Shown piece after piece: positions 1 to 9,834 of a stretch of 29,194 bases of DNA (position 1 is its first letter; the number at the start of each line of letters is the position of its first letter). A model generated the notes under the pieces. The model saw nothing but the letters and a program-made list of their open reading frames with translations, did no database searches and was not told the origin of the DNA. Origin of the DNA: Pseudomonadota bacterium (GTDB taxonomy: Bacteria > Bdellovibrionota_B > Oligoflexia > Oligoflexales > CAIYRB01); assembly GCA_031416315.1 (NCBI GenBank), contig JANOTL010000034.1:1-29194 (forward strand), read 5' to 3'. The position numbers and the translations under genes are program-made.

Positions 1-112
1 AGGACAGAGGCGTACCCGGCGGCCAGTGTTGCCGCGTCGCTCTTCATGCGACTTCTTCCGAGCTGCCCCCCCCATGATGGTGCCGGGAAGCGGCGGCGCA
101 GGTGTAATCGCC

Positions 113-140
113 GAGATCCCTCGCTCCGCTCGGGATAGAC
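113..140. repeat. REP-like palindromic element
   Basis: GAGATCCCTCGCTCCGCTCGGGATAGAC has ATCCC...GGGAT arms. It resembles, from recall, the dispersed GAGATCCCTCGCT..GCTCGGGATGAC repeat class often found near GIY-YIG nuclease genes. Confidence 0.55.
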
Positions 141-253
141 CATGGCGCTTTCGCGCCAGGGTCTAGTTAGGATCAAAGTAGTGAAAGGAGCTTCCCGGCT
201 CATCGCTGACTTGAGCTGCGCGAAGACGAACCTGGTCACAATTTGACGCCGCA

Positions 254-314
254 GGTCACATTACGATACCAGGACTCAATAGTATTGTAATTCGATACTA
301 ACGGCATTACGATC
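254..314. promoter_or_regulatory. Putative operator array upstream of the XRE regulator
   Basis: Palindrome TAGTAT-N9-ATACTA at 280-300, plus repeated ATT(A)CGAT half-sites at 260, 290 and 306, in an AT-rich patch just before the ATG at 320. Confidence 0.5.
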
Positions 315-319
315 GCCGC

Positions 320-1066
320 ATGCCAGAATCCGCCGCATTTCTCGATGCACTCAAACGCTGCCTCAAGTCCAGAGGCCTGACTTACGCGACCCTGGCACCG
401 CGGTTGGAGCTGAGTGAGGCCAGCGTCAAACGCGTCTTTGCCGAGGGCACCCTGTCGCTCGAGCGGATCGGCCAGATTCTGGAGATCCTCGAGATGTCCT
501 TTCTCGACGTGGCAAAGCTGAGCGCGGGCCGGGAGAAGTCGCGCCGCAACACGCTTACCGACGACCAAGAACGGCTGCTCGCTGCCGATCCTGAGCTGTT
601 CGCTTACTTTCATCTGCTGCTATTCGGGAAGACACCGGACGAGATCCTGAAGGCCTACCAGCTCACGCCAGCGGCGGCGACGAAGCACCAGGAGAGGCTG
701 AGTGAGAGCGGCCTGATCGAGCGCCGCGGCCGCGGCGTCAAGTTACTGATCGGCCGGGCCCTCTCTTGGAGGGAGGGCGGCCCGCTCCGGACCGTCTACC
801 GCGACCAAATCCTGCACGCCTTTCTGAACGGCGATTGCCAGGACGAGAATGCCTTGCAGCACTTCATGACGCGCAGTCTGAGCCATGCCTCGCAGACCCT
901 GCTTCGACGCAAGCTTGATCACCTCCGAAGTGAGGTTGACGAGCTGTCGCGGCTCGATAGCGCCGGAGCGAACGTCAAGACGCACGTCACGGGAGTCCTC
1001 GTGGCCATCCGACCATTTTCCTTCGTTCCGGCCATTGCGTTGAAGAAGCGCGGAAGTCGCGTCTAG
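320..1066 (+). CDS. XRE/Cro-family helix-turn-helix transcriptional regulator
   Basis: N-terminal HTH LTYATLAPRLELSEASVKRVF, followed by a central winged-helix-like segment and a C-terminal domain; 248 aa. Confidence 0.85.
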   Translation: MPESAAFLDALKRCLKSRGLTYATLAPRLELSEASVKRVFAEGTLSLERIGQILEILEMSFLDVAKLSAGREKSRRNTLTDDQERLLAADPELFAYFHLLLFGKTPDEILKAYQLTPAAATKHQERLSESGLIERRGRGVKLLIGRALSWREGGPLRTVYRDQILHAFLNGDCQDENALQHFMTRSLSHASQTLLRRKLDHLRSEVDELSRLDSAGANVKTHVTGVLVAIRPFSFVPAIALKKRGSRV

Positions 1067-1229
1067 GGCGCCGGTCGATTACAAAGTGATCCCGGCGCGA
1101 CCCCTCGGCGGCCCTGGCAAAGACGCGCCTTTGATACGGACGAAGCACGGACCGAAGCGCTTGTTTTCCAGCTTGGTCTTGTCAGTTGAGGCTCCGCAGC
1201 AGCGCTCGCGCGACCCCACGCCGAGAAGT

Positions 1230-1245
1230 TGGAACGTTGCTTGCT
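1230..1245 (+). promoter_or_regulatory. Sigma54-type (-24/-12) promoter
   Basis: TGGAAC-N5-TTGCT with exact GG-N10-GC spacing, about 43 nt upstream of ATG 1288. An RBS-like GGAAGGA lies between them. Confidence 0.55.
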
Positions 1246-1287
1246 CAAGTCGTGGGGGCATTCTCGCACCTTTGGAAGGACGACGAC

Positions 1288-4095
1288 ATGAGGCTCCATC
1301 ATAGCTCGCTGCTACTAGCCCTCCTGCTGCCAGGCGAAGCCTGGGCATTCAAGATCGGCACGCACGTCTGGGTCGCACAGGACGTGATCAATCGTCTCGA
1401 AGGCTGTGAAGCTGAGGAAGAGGCCCCTTGCGTCCAAATTCCTTTCGGACTCGTGACGCAGGAAGTGTCGGTGCCCGCGGCCGTGCGCGATGCAGTCTTG
1501 ATTCAAAAGCCTTACTACCGCATGGGCAACGTCGGACCAGACGCCTTTCCTGACATATTGGTTGGTCAGTCCGTCATCCATCCCGGGATCACGCACCATG
1601 ACCACGGGCATGAGACGGCAAATGGCTTTGGCACCAGCGATTGGCTTGCGCACCTGATGACGCGCGCTGCAGCGCTCCAGGAGCCGCTCGAAAGGCAGAA
1701 GGCGATCGCCTTCGTCCACGGCTTTCTTGGACACGCGGCGGCGGACGTGTTCGCGCACTCCTACGTCAATACATATGTCGGTGACGTGTTCTCGCTGGAT
1801 GACGGCAACACCGAGGCCGAGTTACGCCACATCATGCTCGAAGACTATATCCAGAAGAAGACGCCGATCATCGCGGACGCCGGCGGCAATCCGTTAGGTG
1901 AGACTGCGGGGCTGTTGAAGGACGGCGATATCGCCGCGATTCCCGCCGAATTCATTCGCCAGAGCCTGATCTTCGATCCGGTGGCCCAAGCCGAGCTGAA
2001 GAAGGCACCGACTGCCGCCCACCTCGTCGCCGTGGTAGACCTCTACGAAGAAATCAAGCGCGCCCTCGTTGAGATCCCCTCCGGTATGTCCAACGCCGAG
2101 TACGCCACCAGCATCGCGACGAGCTACTACGACGCATACATGCGCGACACCGAGGACGAGAACACCGCGAAAGAGATCTTTGAAATCGTCAAAAGCAAAT
2201 TCGAGTCGGACGCGCCCCGCGGCGGTAGCATCCAGCAGGCTGAGATCCTCGCCGCGCAAGTTCTTGCCTACTACTACTTTAAGATGAAGTTGAATGACCG
2301 ACAGGCCGCCAAGACAGCGGAGCTCCTCAACGAGTTCATGGTCTTTCAGTCGCAGACTGTCGGGCAATGGCATGATCAGCGCAATGACATCGATCAGAAA
2401 GCCTTGCAGATGTACCAGCGAGCGTCCGGCATGGGCATTCGAGCCGTGACCGTGGCGGGAGCGAGCAAACCCTTGACAGCCGTCAGCGACGCACGAAGTC
2501 GCTTTAGCGAAAGCCTCGCTCGGCAGCTAGCTGCGTCCGAACGGCAGCATCAGGCCCTGGTCGCGCGTGACAACGCCAAACACGCACTCGTCGCCAAACA
2601 GTCCGAGCGACTTTGTGAGATCTTGCCCGAGACGACCTGCGAAAGGATCGAGGACCGCCTCACCTCTATCGATGACTGGTGCGAGAAGTGCACGATCTGG
2701 GGAGGCCTGGATGGTCGGAAGTGTCTGCGCAAAGAGAAGTATCCGTGCAAGATCGACGTCATGAAACCGACGCTCTTTCTCGACCCGGCGTGCCTCCACA
2801 GCCGGGCCACCTGCCAGGACGTGCACGCGACCTTCAATCGGGCCGTGAGCACCTTGCAGAACGCGCTCGCCGCCGCCGAGACGACTCTGCGGCAGGCCGA
2901 AGCCAGCGTCGCCAGCGAGCTGGCTTCATCACGCAATGAGTTCGACTCGCTGCAGCAGCTCATGATCAGCACACAGCGCGCCGTGGAATCCACCGTGCAG
3001 ACTCTCAAGGCGCTTGAATCCAATTTGATCGGAGCTTCGCGGGCTTTGTCCGAAGGTCACCGGGCAATCGTGCGAGGATGGGTGGCCGACATCGAAAATG
3101 GCATGCGCGAATACGTCCGCGCCAACGGCCAGGCCATCATCCACTCGATCGACGACGACCGCGAGACTTTCGTCTTCACGCCTCTCACCGATTGGATGGC
3201 CTGCTACCTGCCTAGCATCGTTGGCCTCTCTCAGCATGTCATGGATGCGACGGTGTGCGTCGCGAAAGATCTGAAGGCCGAATACGACGCCTTGCACGCC
3301 CAGCTCGAAGCCGAGGTGCGCAAGTTCGATCCCATCGTCGCTGAGACGGTGCTGGCGGCCCGCGACCGCTTCCGGGAAGCGGCGATCTTCCACGCCGCCC
3401 GCTCGGCTAACATCGCCTTCGACTTCCTCCTGGCTTCGGACGGCAATCTACGCATGACGGCACACGTCTTAATGAGCGACGTCGAGCGCGAACATCTGGA
3501 CGATCAGTTCGCATCCGACCAGTCGGCCGACAAATTGCCCATCTATGTGGGGTTCGGCACGATCTCCGAGCGGGTCGACTCCGACATGCAGGCGATCGGT
3601 GATACAAAGTTCTCGGTAGAGAGCTTCGCTGCCGCCTACAACGCCACGATCTTCGCGGCGCTTGCTCTGCTCGACAATGAAGGGATCAGTCAGCTCGGTG
3701 CGCCGAAGCTCCTGAACTACACCGTCCGAACACAGGTAATCGACAACCTTCTGACCAAGTCCTTGCGATCGATCGACGGCAACCACCAGTGGATGGCGTT
3801 AGCTCCACCTTTCGTGAGGCGCGAAAGCGTCGCCTCTGACAAGAAGTGGGCTGGCTCTCAGGCGACCCCCGGGAACGTCGATCGACGATTCTCCCTCGAG
3901 ACCGACGAGCGCGACAGCGGGTTCCTCCTCTTCAAGACCCAGGAGACGCGCAACCTGATCTTCAACCGCGTGTTCAAGGGTCCGCTCACCCCGGCCCTCT
4001 TCGAAGCGCGGGATTACGGTTTTTTCGACATCTACCCCGACGACTACAAAAACTATCTACCGTCGAGTCGGGATAGGTACCCAATCCTTCGGTGA
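1288..4095 (+). CDS. Secreted zinc-dependent phospholipase C (PLC/P1 nuclease fold) family protein with coiled-coil and Cys-rich insert
   Basis: Signal peptide ending AWA/F, then FKIGTH, GNVGPD, GFLGHAAADVFAH and RHIMLE metal-ligand motifs. Start moved to ATG 1288 because of the RBS and signal peptide. Confidence 0.75.
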   Translation: MRLHHSSLLLALLLPGEAWAFKIGTHVWVAQDVINRLEGCEAEEEAPCVQIPFGLVTQEVSVPAAVRDAVLIQKPYYRMGNVGPDAFPDILVGQSVIHPGITHHDHGHETANGFGTSDWLAHLMTRAAALQEPLERQKAIAFVHGFLGHAAADVFAHSYVNTYVGDVFSLDDGNTEAELRHIMLEDYIQKKTPIIADAGGNPLGETAGLLKDGDIAAIPAEFIRQSLIFDPVAQAELKKAPTAAHLVAVVDLYEEIKRALVEIPSGMSNAEYATSIATSYYDAYMRDTEDENTAKEIFEIVKSKFESDAPRGGSIQQAEILAAQVLAYYYFKMKLNDRQAAKTAELLNEFMVFQSQTVGQWHDQRNDIDQKALQMYQRASGMGIRAVTVAGASKPLTAVSDARSRFSESLARQLAASERQHQALVARDNAKHALVAKQSERLCEILPETTCERIEDRLTSIDDWCEKCTIWGGLDGRKCLRKEKYPCKIDVMKPTLFLDPACLHSRATCQDVHATFNRAVSTLQNALAAAETTLRQAEASVASELASSRNEFDSLQQLMISTQRAVESTVQTLKALESNLIGASRALSEGHRAIVRGWVADIENGMREYVRANGQAIIHSIDDDRETFVFTPLTDWMACYLPSIVGLSQHVMDATVCVAKDLKAEYDALHAQLEAEVRKFDPIVAETVLAARDRFREAAIFHAARSANIAFDFLLASDGNLRMTAHVLMSDVEREHLDDQFASDQSADKLPIYVGFGTISERVDSDMQAIGDTKFSVESFAAAYNATIFAALALLDNEGISQLGAPKLLNYTVRTQVIDNLLTKSLRSIDGNHQWMALAPPFVRRESVASDKKWAGSQATPGNVDRRFSLETDERDSGFLLFKTQETRNLIFNRVFKGPLTPALFEARDYGFFDIYPDDYKNYLPSSRDRYPILR

Positions 4096-4243
4096 GTCAT
4101 GCGGCGCCTCGCTGCCCCTGCCGAGGATTTCGAAGATCCTATAGCCGAAGCGGACCACATCGCCCGACGGCCAGATAGCCTCGGGCTGAGAGCTCCTTCA
4201 TAATGACGTTGGCGACGGCATCGACGATGCCTTCGACCTCCTC

Positions 4244-4351
4244 GTGCTTGACGTTTGCAGGATTCAGCGTGGATACAACGAAGAGAAAATCAAGGCCGGC
4301 AAGGCACTGCTCCTTCGCGCGGTCGCGATGCTGACCAAGATGTGTTGGTGA
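4244..4351 (+). pseudogene. 3' remnant of a four-helix-bundle (IVS-type) protein gene
   Basis: Translates as VLDVCRIQRGYNEEKIKAGKALLLRAVAMLTKMCW*, which matches the recalled C-terminus of four-helix-bundle proteins. An in-frame TGA lies upstream at 4187 with no plausible start. Confidence 0.65.
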
Positions 4352-4425
4352 CGCGCCTCGGCCGAGCGCGATGACGGCCACGATGACGACAACGTCCACC
4401 TTCACGAGCGCGTGCGCGAGGCGCG
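4352..4425. repeat. Hexamer-periodic repeat enclosed by a 9-bp inverted repeat
   Basis: CGCGCCTCG (4352-4360) and CGAGGCGCG (4417-4425) flank GATGAC GGCCAC GATGAC GACAAC GTCCAC CTTCAC (4370-4405). Confidence 0.55.
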
Positions 4426-4602
4426 AGCGCGGACGTCAGACTGTTTCGACGGTGTCTCAACGGAACACTATGAAAGGCAGGCTGTGAGCGACTTGGGGAT
4501 TTATTCAGGATCGACGACGGACATCGTCGACTAACCTTACGGTGTCATTCTGTCCGATCGTTCTTCGGCTCGTCGGCTCGGTGCAGCCCGCCTTTCAACA
4601 CC

Positions 4603-5439
<837 letters not shown>

Positions 5440-5445
5440 GCTGGG

Positions 5446-5473
5446 GAATCGGCCGAAAGCGGCGGTCGATTGA
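5446..5473 (-). promoter_or_regulatory. Sigma28-like promoter, probably leaderless
   Basis: Minus strand reads TCAA-N16-GCCGATTC, with the ATG 6 nt further on. Confidence 0.4.
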
Positions 5474-5578
5474 ATTCAAAGGCCGCGGCGACGATGACTG
5501 GTCCTCATCAGAGGGATGAAACTCTAATATTTATAGATACTTATACTCTGGAGTCGCGGCTTTCGGGCGGCGAGAAGA

Positions 5579-5863
5579 TCACCCACAGTCGCGCACAGAG
5601 TCTAGCAGCACGAAGAAAAGGGCCGCGATCCAAAAGAAAAGGGAGTTGGACGACGGCGCTGAGTCAGCTCTGTTCTTTTTGCCGCCGAACGCCGCGATCA
5701 GTTGGGGAATGAAGCGCACCCCCAAAGCGCAGAAGCCGACGCCGAGGAACGCCAGCACGCACGCGAACGTGAACTCAAGGCGCTCGGCATGCTGCCACCC
5801 GTAACCCAAGCCGGAAAGACCCCACGCGAATGCGAGAAGTGGGACGCCAATCAGCCGCGGCAC
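5579..5863 (-). CDS. Small hypothetical membrane protein, possibly degraded
   Basis: 94 aa with about 3 hydrophobic segments; GTG start with no clear RBS. Confidence 0.35.
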   Translation of the reverse strand: MPRLIGVPLLAFAWGLSGLGYGWQHAERLEFTFACVLAFLGVGFCALGVRFIPQLIAAFGGKKNRADSAPSSNSLFFWIAALFFVLLDSVRDCG

Positions 5864-6299
5864 GATCAGTCTGCGATCTCGCGGTACCCGCTCATCGGCC
5901 CGACGACGCGCCCACCATCGACCCGGAAATGCTTCGAGACGAGGGAGTAGTCGAGCTCGCTTTGCAGCCTCCCGAGGTCCACGCCGTCGCTCGCATGTGT
6001 AATGTGCGAGTGCTTCGTTTCTGGGTCCATCCGCATCGCCGGATCACGGTTGGGCGCACGCCACTTGTTAGCCCGCTTGTCCGACAGGCCACTTCACCAC
6101 GATCGCGCCGCCACTCGGCCGCCGTCTGTATGCCGTTGATTTCTCGTAAAAAGGCACCAGCATTCTCGATCGCGACCAACCGGACCACACGCATACGCGC
6201 GCATTTGGGCGAACAAGATCCGTATTCAATGGAACTCAGCTTTAGTTGCCGGATACCGAAACCTTAAGTGGCCAAACTCGTCAACCAGAAGGGCGAAAC

Positions 6300-7950
6300 G
6301 TGCGATCCGCAGTGGGGCTGTCCTTCAAGGTGAAATTCGTCCTCACCGTGTCGCTCAGCCTGGCGATGCTCGGGGCCGTCGCCTTGTCGATTCTCGCCGT
6401 GCGGCAAGCCAATGAGCTCGAGAAGAGTCATCGGCGACGCCTAGTCTCGATGGCGATCACGGCGAGCTCGTTCATCGATCCGGAGGAGCATGAGCGGCTG
6501 GTCGACCCGGCGCAGAGCGCGGACCCCGCCTATCGGCGCTTGATAGGGCGCCTCAACTCCATCCTCAATCGCGATCGCTCGATCAAGTACGTCTACACCC
6601 TGCGCCCAGAGCTCGACCCGGAAGGCAACGCCACGAATTTCCGCTTCGTCCTCGACGGTGGCGCGGCCGGAAAGCCGCTCGATCCATCGTCCTTCGATTT
6701 TTCAAAGCTCGGCGACCAGTATTCAGGCGTTTCCGAGACCGCAAAGGCCGTCTTCAAAACCGGCCGGTCGGCGGCCGACGATCGCGCCTACACCGACAAA
6801 TGGGGAACGTTTTTGAGCGGCTATGCGCCGATCAAGAACCGCCTCGGCAAAGTCGTCGCGATCGTCGGCATCGATGCCCGCGCGGTCGACGTCGACAAGA
6901 TTTGGGCGACGGTCATACGAAACACGTTCTTCGTCTTTCTCGGCGCGCTCGCCACGAGCTTCGTCATTTTGATCTTCCTGCAACGGCTCGTGACCGAGCC
7001 GCTCAGCCAACTCATCCAAGGCATCGGGAGGATCGTCCAAGGCGATCTCGACACGGCGCTCGCGAGCGAGCGCAAAGACGAATTCGGCACGTTGATGGCG
7101 GCTTTCGATCTCATGCGCGACCACATCAAAGAGTCTCAGCGCAAGATTGCACGGCAGTCCTACCTGAGTTCCCAGCTCGAGACGAGCCGTAGCGGTCCAG
7201 AATCAGCTCTTCAACTGGCAGGTGATCCGCAGCGACAAGGTCCAGGTGGCGCACTATGTCCGGACGGCCGACTCAATCGGCGGGGATTGGTGCCACTATT
7301 TTCTCTTCGAGGAACGCTGGCTTTACGTCGTGTGCGCCGACGTGACGGGCCATGGCGTCGGTTCTGGGCTCATATCGTCGGCGGTCGCTGGGGCGTTCGA
7401 GTGCTTGAAAGCGCAGATGCCGGAGTCCGGCAATCCGGACAAGCTCGTGGATCTCGTCCGCTTCATCGACCACGTCGTTACCGTCTCGGGACGCGGTAAA
7501 TTCCTCATGACCATGGGCATCGCGCTCATCGATCTGGACAGCGGCGTCGTCAGCTACGTCAATGCCGGCCATGTTCCGTTTGCCGTCATCCGCAGGAATC
7601 CCGTGTCGCCCGGGAACTGTAATGTCGATTGGCTCCTGCGCGCGAGCAACATGCTAGGATTCGAAGCCTCCGAGTACGTCGCCGATGAAATCAAGCTCCA
7701 CCCCGGCGATCGCTTGGTGGCCATGACCGACGGGCTGATCGAGCGTCGCAACACCGATGGAAAGATGTTCGGGCGACCGCGGCTGGGGAAAATTCTGCGC
7801 ACCGCGCCGCTCTCCGACGCCGAAAGCACGACGGCCCTGATTCTCGAACGGATTCAGGCATTCTGTGGACCGGAGCTCTTGGAGCACTTCGAGAATGACG
7901 CGTCGCTGATCGTGGTTTCGATCCCGGAGTCGCGGCGCGCGTCCGCCTGA
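6300..7950 (+). pseudogene. Membrane sensor-HAMP-SpoIIE/PP2C phosphatase split by a +1 frameshift near 7185
   Basis: 5' ORF: TM, periplasmic sensor (YTDKWGTFLSGYAPI), TM, HAMP (RKDEFGTL). 3' frame: GGDW, ADVTGHG, NAGH, TDGLIE and ENDAS. Removing one base joins QLET to AVAVQNQL. Confidence 0.8.
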
Positions 7951-8176
7951 GCTCGCCGTCGCACCTGTGCAACAGTTTCAGCAAGCTCAGCACGATCTGC
8001 TCCCCCTCGCCGCGAGCGCGTTCCTCGTCTACGCCGACCGCAAGACCGTGAATTTTCTTTCACCCTGAGCTCCGTTTGCCGTTCGACCAAGCCCGGACTG
8101 CCGCGACACTCTATGCTGGCGACGCGAAGTCGCCGAAACTATGAGCATCGCATCCAGCCCCGCAAGGAGTCGTCGC

Positions 8177-9709
8177 ATGAAACGCGCCTCGAGAGTCTCG
8201 CTCGCCCTCGTATCCCTCACGACCGTCGCGCTCGCCGCACAGGGCTGCAAGACCGCTGGCTCGGCCGCGCTGAAGGACGAGTCCGTGCCGACCGGTGAGG
8301 CGCCCGCGGTCCCCGCTGAGCCCACGTCGGCCGCGGCCGATGCCGCCGCCTCCGAATTCGCCACGCCCCCCGGCGTCCCCGCGCCCTTCGGCAAAGGCAT
8401 GCTCGGCGACAACTTCTTCTGGGAGGCGCGCTTCAACTTTCCGCCGTGCGACCACTCGGCCGAAGGCAAGAAAAAGGGCGTTTGGTGCAAGCCCGAGGAC
8501 TCGAAGCCGGCCGCAGAAGCCAGCGGCGTCGAGGCCGAGCTGAAAGCCTGGGTCAACAATCCGAAGATCAAATCCGTGCAGCTCGCCTTCTTCTCGTTCT
8601 CGGCGACGCGCGTCATCGAGACCCTCTGCGAAGGCGCCAAGAACCGCGACGTGAAGATCACCGTCTTCCTCCACAAGCAGAACCTCGGCTCGACCGGCGG
8701 CCAAAAGCTCGCCACCTGCGCGCCCGGTAAGCTCGAGGTCGTCTCGCGCGGCACCGAGTTCGGCTCGGGCTACCTGCAGCATGCGAAGATCGTCCTCGCC
8801 AGCGAGTTCGCCGACCCGAAGCCCTTGCACCTGATGCCCGAAGCGGAGCAAGAGGCCGCTAAATCGTCGATCACCCGTTGGACCTCCGGCAGCGCCAACA
8901 TGTCGGCCTTCGGCACCTCGCTCCACCTCGACAACTGGCTCTTCTTCACCGCCAAGTCCGACGAGTTCGTGGCGCAAGAGAACCTCTGCTTCTTCCACGC
9001 CCTGCGCACCATGACGAACGAGGGCCAGAGCGGCGCCGCCGACGACCGCCTCGACTTCGCCAAGAAGAACAAGGAATGCCTCGGCGGCATCAAGTCGCCC
9101 GTCCGCAAGGACGTCACCTTCTACCCCGTTCCGCACGCGAACGTGACGCGCCAGCCCTATCCGCAAGTCAAGAAGATGCTCGACGGCGCGAAGACCAAGG
9201 TCCGCATCGCGATCCATCGCCTCACCACCGCGAGCATGTACGCGCCGATCGTCAACGCCAAGAAGCGCGGCGTCGACGTCGAAGTGATCGTCGACGACGA
9301 CACACTGCGCGTCAGCAAGTGCAACGGCGGCGCCATGATCGACCAAGGCGCGCAAGACGTGAAAGCCAACCGCGCCCTCCGCGCCGCGGGCATCCCCGTC
9401 ACCTACCTCGAGACTTCGGGGGAGACCGGCCAGCTCGCGCACTCGAAGTACATCATCGTCGACGACAAGTACCTGTTCCAGGGCGCCGGCAACTTCACCG
9501 CCACCTCGCTCAACATCTCGAACCTGGGCAACATGGAGCAGTTCTACGTCATCGACGATCCGGGCATCGTCGCCACCTACGCGAAGGCCTGGGACTACAT
9601 CCGCACGCTCTCGACCGAGATGTCGGCCCACGAGGTCGGAAACAACGTCGACAAGAAGCTGGTCGAAGGCCAGATGGGCGCTGAGTTCGACCCGATGTCC
9701 TGCAACTAA
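8177..9709 (+). CDS. Phospholipase D superfamily lipoprotein with two PLD-like domains
   Basis: AAGGAG RBS; signal peptide with AQGC lipobox; HAKIVLAS..GSAN and HSKYIIVD..GAGN motifs. Confidence 0.8.
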   Translation: MKRASRVSLALVSLTTVALAAQGCKTAGSAALKDESVPTGEAPAVPAEPTSAAADAAASEFATPPGVPAPFGKGMLGDNFFWEARFNFPPCDHSAEGKKKGVWCKPEDSKPAAEASGVEAELKAWVNNPKIKSVQLAFFSFSATRVIETLCEGAKNRDVKITVFLHKQNLGSTGGQKLATCAPGKLEVVSRGTEFGSGYLQHAKIVLASEFADPKPLHLMPEAEQEAAKSSITRWTSGSANMSAFGTSLHLDNWLFFTAKSDEFVAQENLCFFHALRTMTNEGQSGAADDRLDFAKKNKECLGGIKSPVRKDVTFYPVPHANVTRQPYPQVKKMLDGAKTKVRIAIHRLTTASMYAPIVNAKKRGVDVEVIVDDDTLRVSKCNGGAMIDQGAQDVKANRALRAAGIPVTYLETSGETGQLAHSKYIIVDDKYLFQGAGNFTATSLNISNLGNMEQFYVIDDPGIVATYAKAWDYIRTLSTEMSAHEVGNNVDKKLVEGQMGAEFDPMSCN

Positions 9710-9834
9710 GGGGCGGTCGCCTTGGCGAAGGCGGGCGAAACCAATGCCAAAATCAGGGTCCTCATGGGATCAGCATAAGCCCTTGCTTCGCATAGATAAA
9801 TCACCGTCGTCATGCGATGATGGTGATAGCCGCC

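Noticed and set aside
4139..4405. 88-aa minus-strand ORF as an intact gene (loosely HU-like helix)
   Set aside because: Its N-terminus is made of hexamer repeat and the antisense of the four-helix-bundle remnant. The HU signature GFG.F is absent.
5864..6299. Several short ORFs on both strands
   Set aside because: No motifs, RBS or consistent codon bias; probably intergenic or decayed sequence.
7165..7200. Programmed ribosomal frameshift
   Set aside because: No slippery heptamer, homopolymer or stop-adjacent shift site is visible.
8111..9631. 506-aa antisense ORF opposite the PLD gene
   Set aside because: Shadow ORF caused by high-GC codon bias; the sense strand carries the recognisable motifs.
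8177..9709. PLD as an anti-phage defence nuclease
   Set aside because: It has a lipoprotein signal, and no helicase, methylase or other defence genes lie nearby.
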